Shown here piece after piece: positions 62,297 to 64,000 of a DNA stretch of 64,000 nt (position 1 is the stretch's first letter; each line of letters opens with the position of its first letter). A program made the position numbers and the translations under genes. Below the pieces are notes generated by a model that saw nothing but the letters and a program-made list of their open reading frames with translations, ran no database searches and was not told where the DNA came from. The stretch comes from Laetmonice hystrix (taxonomy: Eukaryota), in assembly GCA_965235115.1 (NCBI GenBank), contig OZ249436.1, forward strand, positions 11,162,001-11,226,000, read 5' to 3'.

Positions 62297-63104
62297 GAGT
62301 CGAGCAGAGTTGTAGCCATACCGACGACTCTGCCTCTTTCCAGCTCATTCAGTTTTACACTCGGTTAATCTCTGGCACACAAACTAAAACCTACGAACAT
62401 GAATCTACGTACCGTCTAAAGACTGAGCAGGATTTCTCGCCAACATACGAAACCTTTGGTTCCTGAAGTGGGCATTATGAGACGTGTCGTCATCTACACG
62501 AGAGCCATATGTAGATTTAGTTTATATTGAAGGGAGGTAATTAAAGAGTACATGCAACGAAGAACTCCATAGTACACATTTAATATGTTAATACTATCGT
62601 TTTCTCTTGGGAGTCTCATCACTTTCTCTGATTGCTTTATAAACCTCCCTTTATGCTTCGCAGGCATATTCAGTCGTATAGATGGGAACACTATTGCTTA
62701 TAAGGTCGAAGTGGGCCGCCAAACAAAAATACCGCACAGCGGGAACTGACTTGAGTGGTGCAAAACACGTATACCGGGCGCGGCTACACCCGCTTAGAAA
62801 CAGCTACAACACTCGCTCAACATGCGCAACGATGATGCGCACAAACAAATGGCGCGATTGTCTTTAAAGGAAAATCTATTCTGTGACTTGATGGTTACGA
62901 ACAACCCGGCTCAAGTTAGCCTGGTCCCCTGTGCCTACCATACGCATCCGCTATGTTAGGCCAGGTGCTGGCTAACAGAAAGCTGCGAAACGGAAGTGAT
63001 CCCCCACGGTCGTATCACTCCCATGCACACCCTAACGTTACGAAAACGGAAGTCCTTCCACCGGACTATTCGGCAGCCTACTGACTTGTGCCAACAACCC
63101 CGAC

Positions 63105-63325
63105 GGGGTCCGGCTAAACACCGAAATCAACCGACCAAAACCGAACGAAACCGACCGTGGCATACCAAAAACGTTTCCAGATGGCAATGAAATCCAGCTC
63201 AAACTGTCCATAATACTGAAAAGCACGTTTCGGTTACGGTTAGGGTTAGTTTATATGGTCAGTTTCGGTATATGCCAAGGTCGGGTTCGGTCAATTCGCT
63301 TGGTTTCAGTGTTTAGTCGCACCCC
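63105..63325. mobile_element. MITE with imperfect TIRs and a short internal ggttagggttag
   Basis: ggggtccggctaaacaccgaaatcaa ... ttggtttcagtgtttagtcgcacccc. Confidence 0.65.
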
Positions 63326-64000
63326 TCTAGACGCATCTATTGTCTACCGATGATAGCAACAGACCCTCTTATAATTCCCTTGACGTCTGACCTTCCGCGA
63401 GAGAAACTACACGGGGTGATCGCAAGATTTGATTCTCGAATCGAAAATCTCGTATGTCCCTCTGTCATTACTGTATGCTCTCTTGCTACACAGGTAAAAA
63501 TTCAATTATAGACCTAACTCTAATTTTCAGTTGATTAAAACCAGGAATCACATTATGAATTAGGAAGACCAGTTTCCATGGCAACCTGTGTGACGAGCAT
63601 AGCTCCTTTATTATATCCGTTTAAGTGGACCAGAAGCATCTCTTTATAATGGGAAAGATGGCATATGTTTACCACCTTTGCCCTATAACGCTCACGCTAC
63701 GAACAACATCAAGGGACGAAGCCTTTAAGCTACGCCCGGTGATAGATGGCATCTTTCAAGACCTCAGACATCGCGCCCTACGCTCCTTCCACGCTCGTCG
63801 CGTCGATGGGCCACGTCGGTACAGACCTTGCTCACTGTCTTTGATAACCGGCGGGAATCTCGAGCTCTTTGATTGTAATAGCAGACGACTTTTGGTACAC
63901 CGATATACGGATACATTTCTAGCGAGGGTAAACGTGAAGTAGAAAATGTACATTGAAACATTGGGCGTATGTATAATATCCAATAAAAAGGCGAGGAACT

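Overview
Eukaryotic (metazoan) genomic DNA, not prokaryotic. Spliceosomal introns, the ARNT and FoxQ2 genes and TTAGGG repeats point to a non-arthropod invertebrate, possibly a spiralian; that lineage call is inference. The first ~20 kb hold three transcription-factor genes. (1) The 3' half of ARNT/HIF-1beta (tango) on +: 7 phase-consistent exons, 533-5891. (2) An intron-containing FoxQ2-type forkhead gene on -: 5 coding exons, 9640-12670, 353 aa, plus a probable non-coding first exon. (3) An intronless FoxQ2-type gene with an N-terminal EH1-like motif on -: 18534-19703, 389 aa. The other ~44 kb upstream of the FoxQ2 pair contain no gene I can support. That stretch holds most of the window's ~20 unrelated minisatellite arrays, plus MITEs, CACTA/EnSpm-type non-autonomous elements and a Helentron-like element. 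Most notable: (a) the Helentron-like element carries a tandem pair of tRNA-derived Pol III-like cassettes; (b) ARNT intronic minisatellites multiply the gene's own splice sites, including ~33 copies of one donor, the first extra copy in frame; (c) the two tandem FoxQ2 paralogs differ in gene structure and predicted regulatory domains; (d) TAGGCCTA and TACATGTA palindromes are strongly enriched. All coordinates and counts were made by eye, and element boundaries are approximate.
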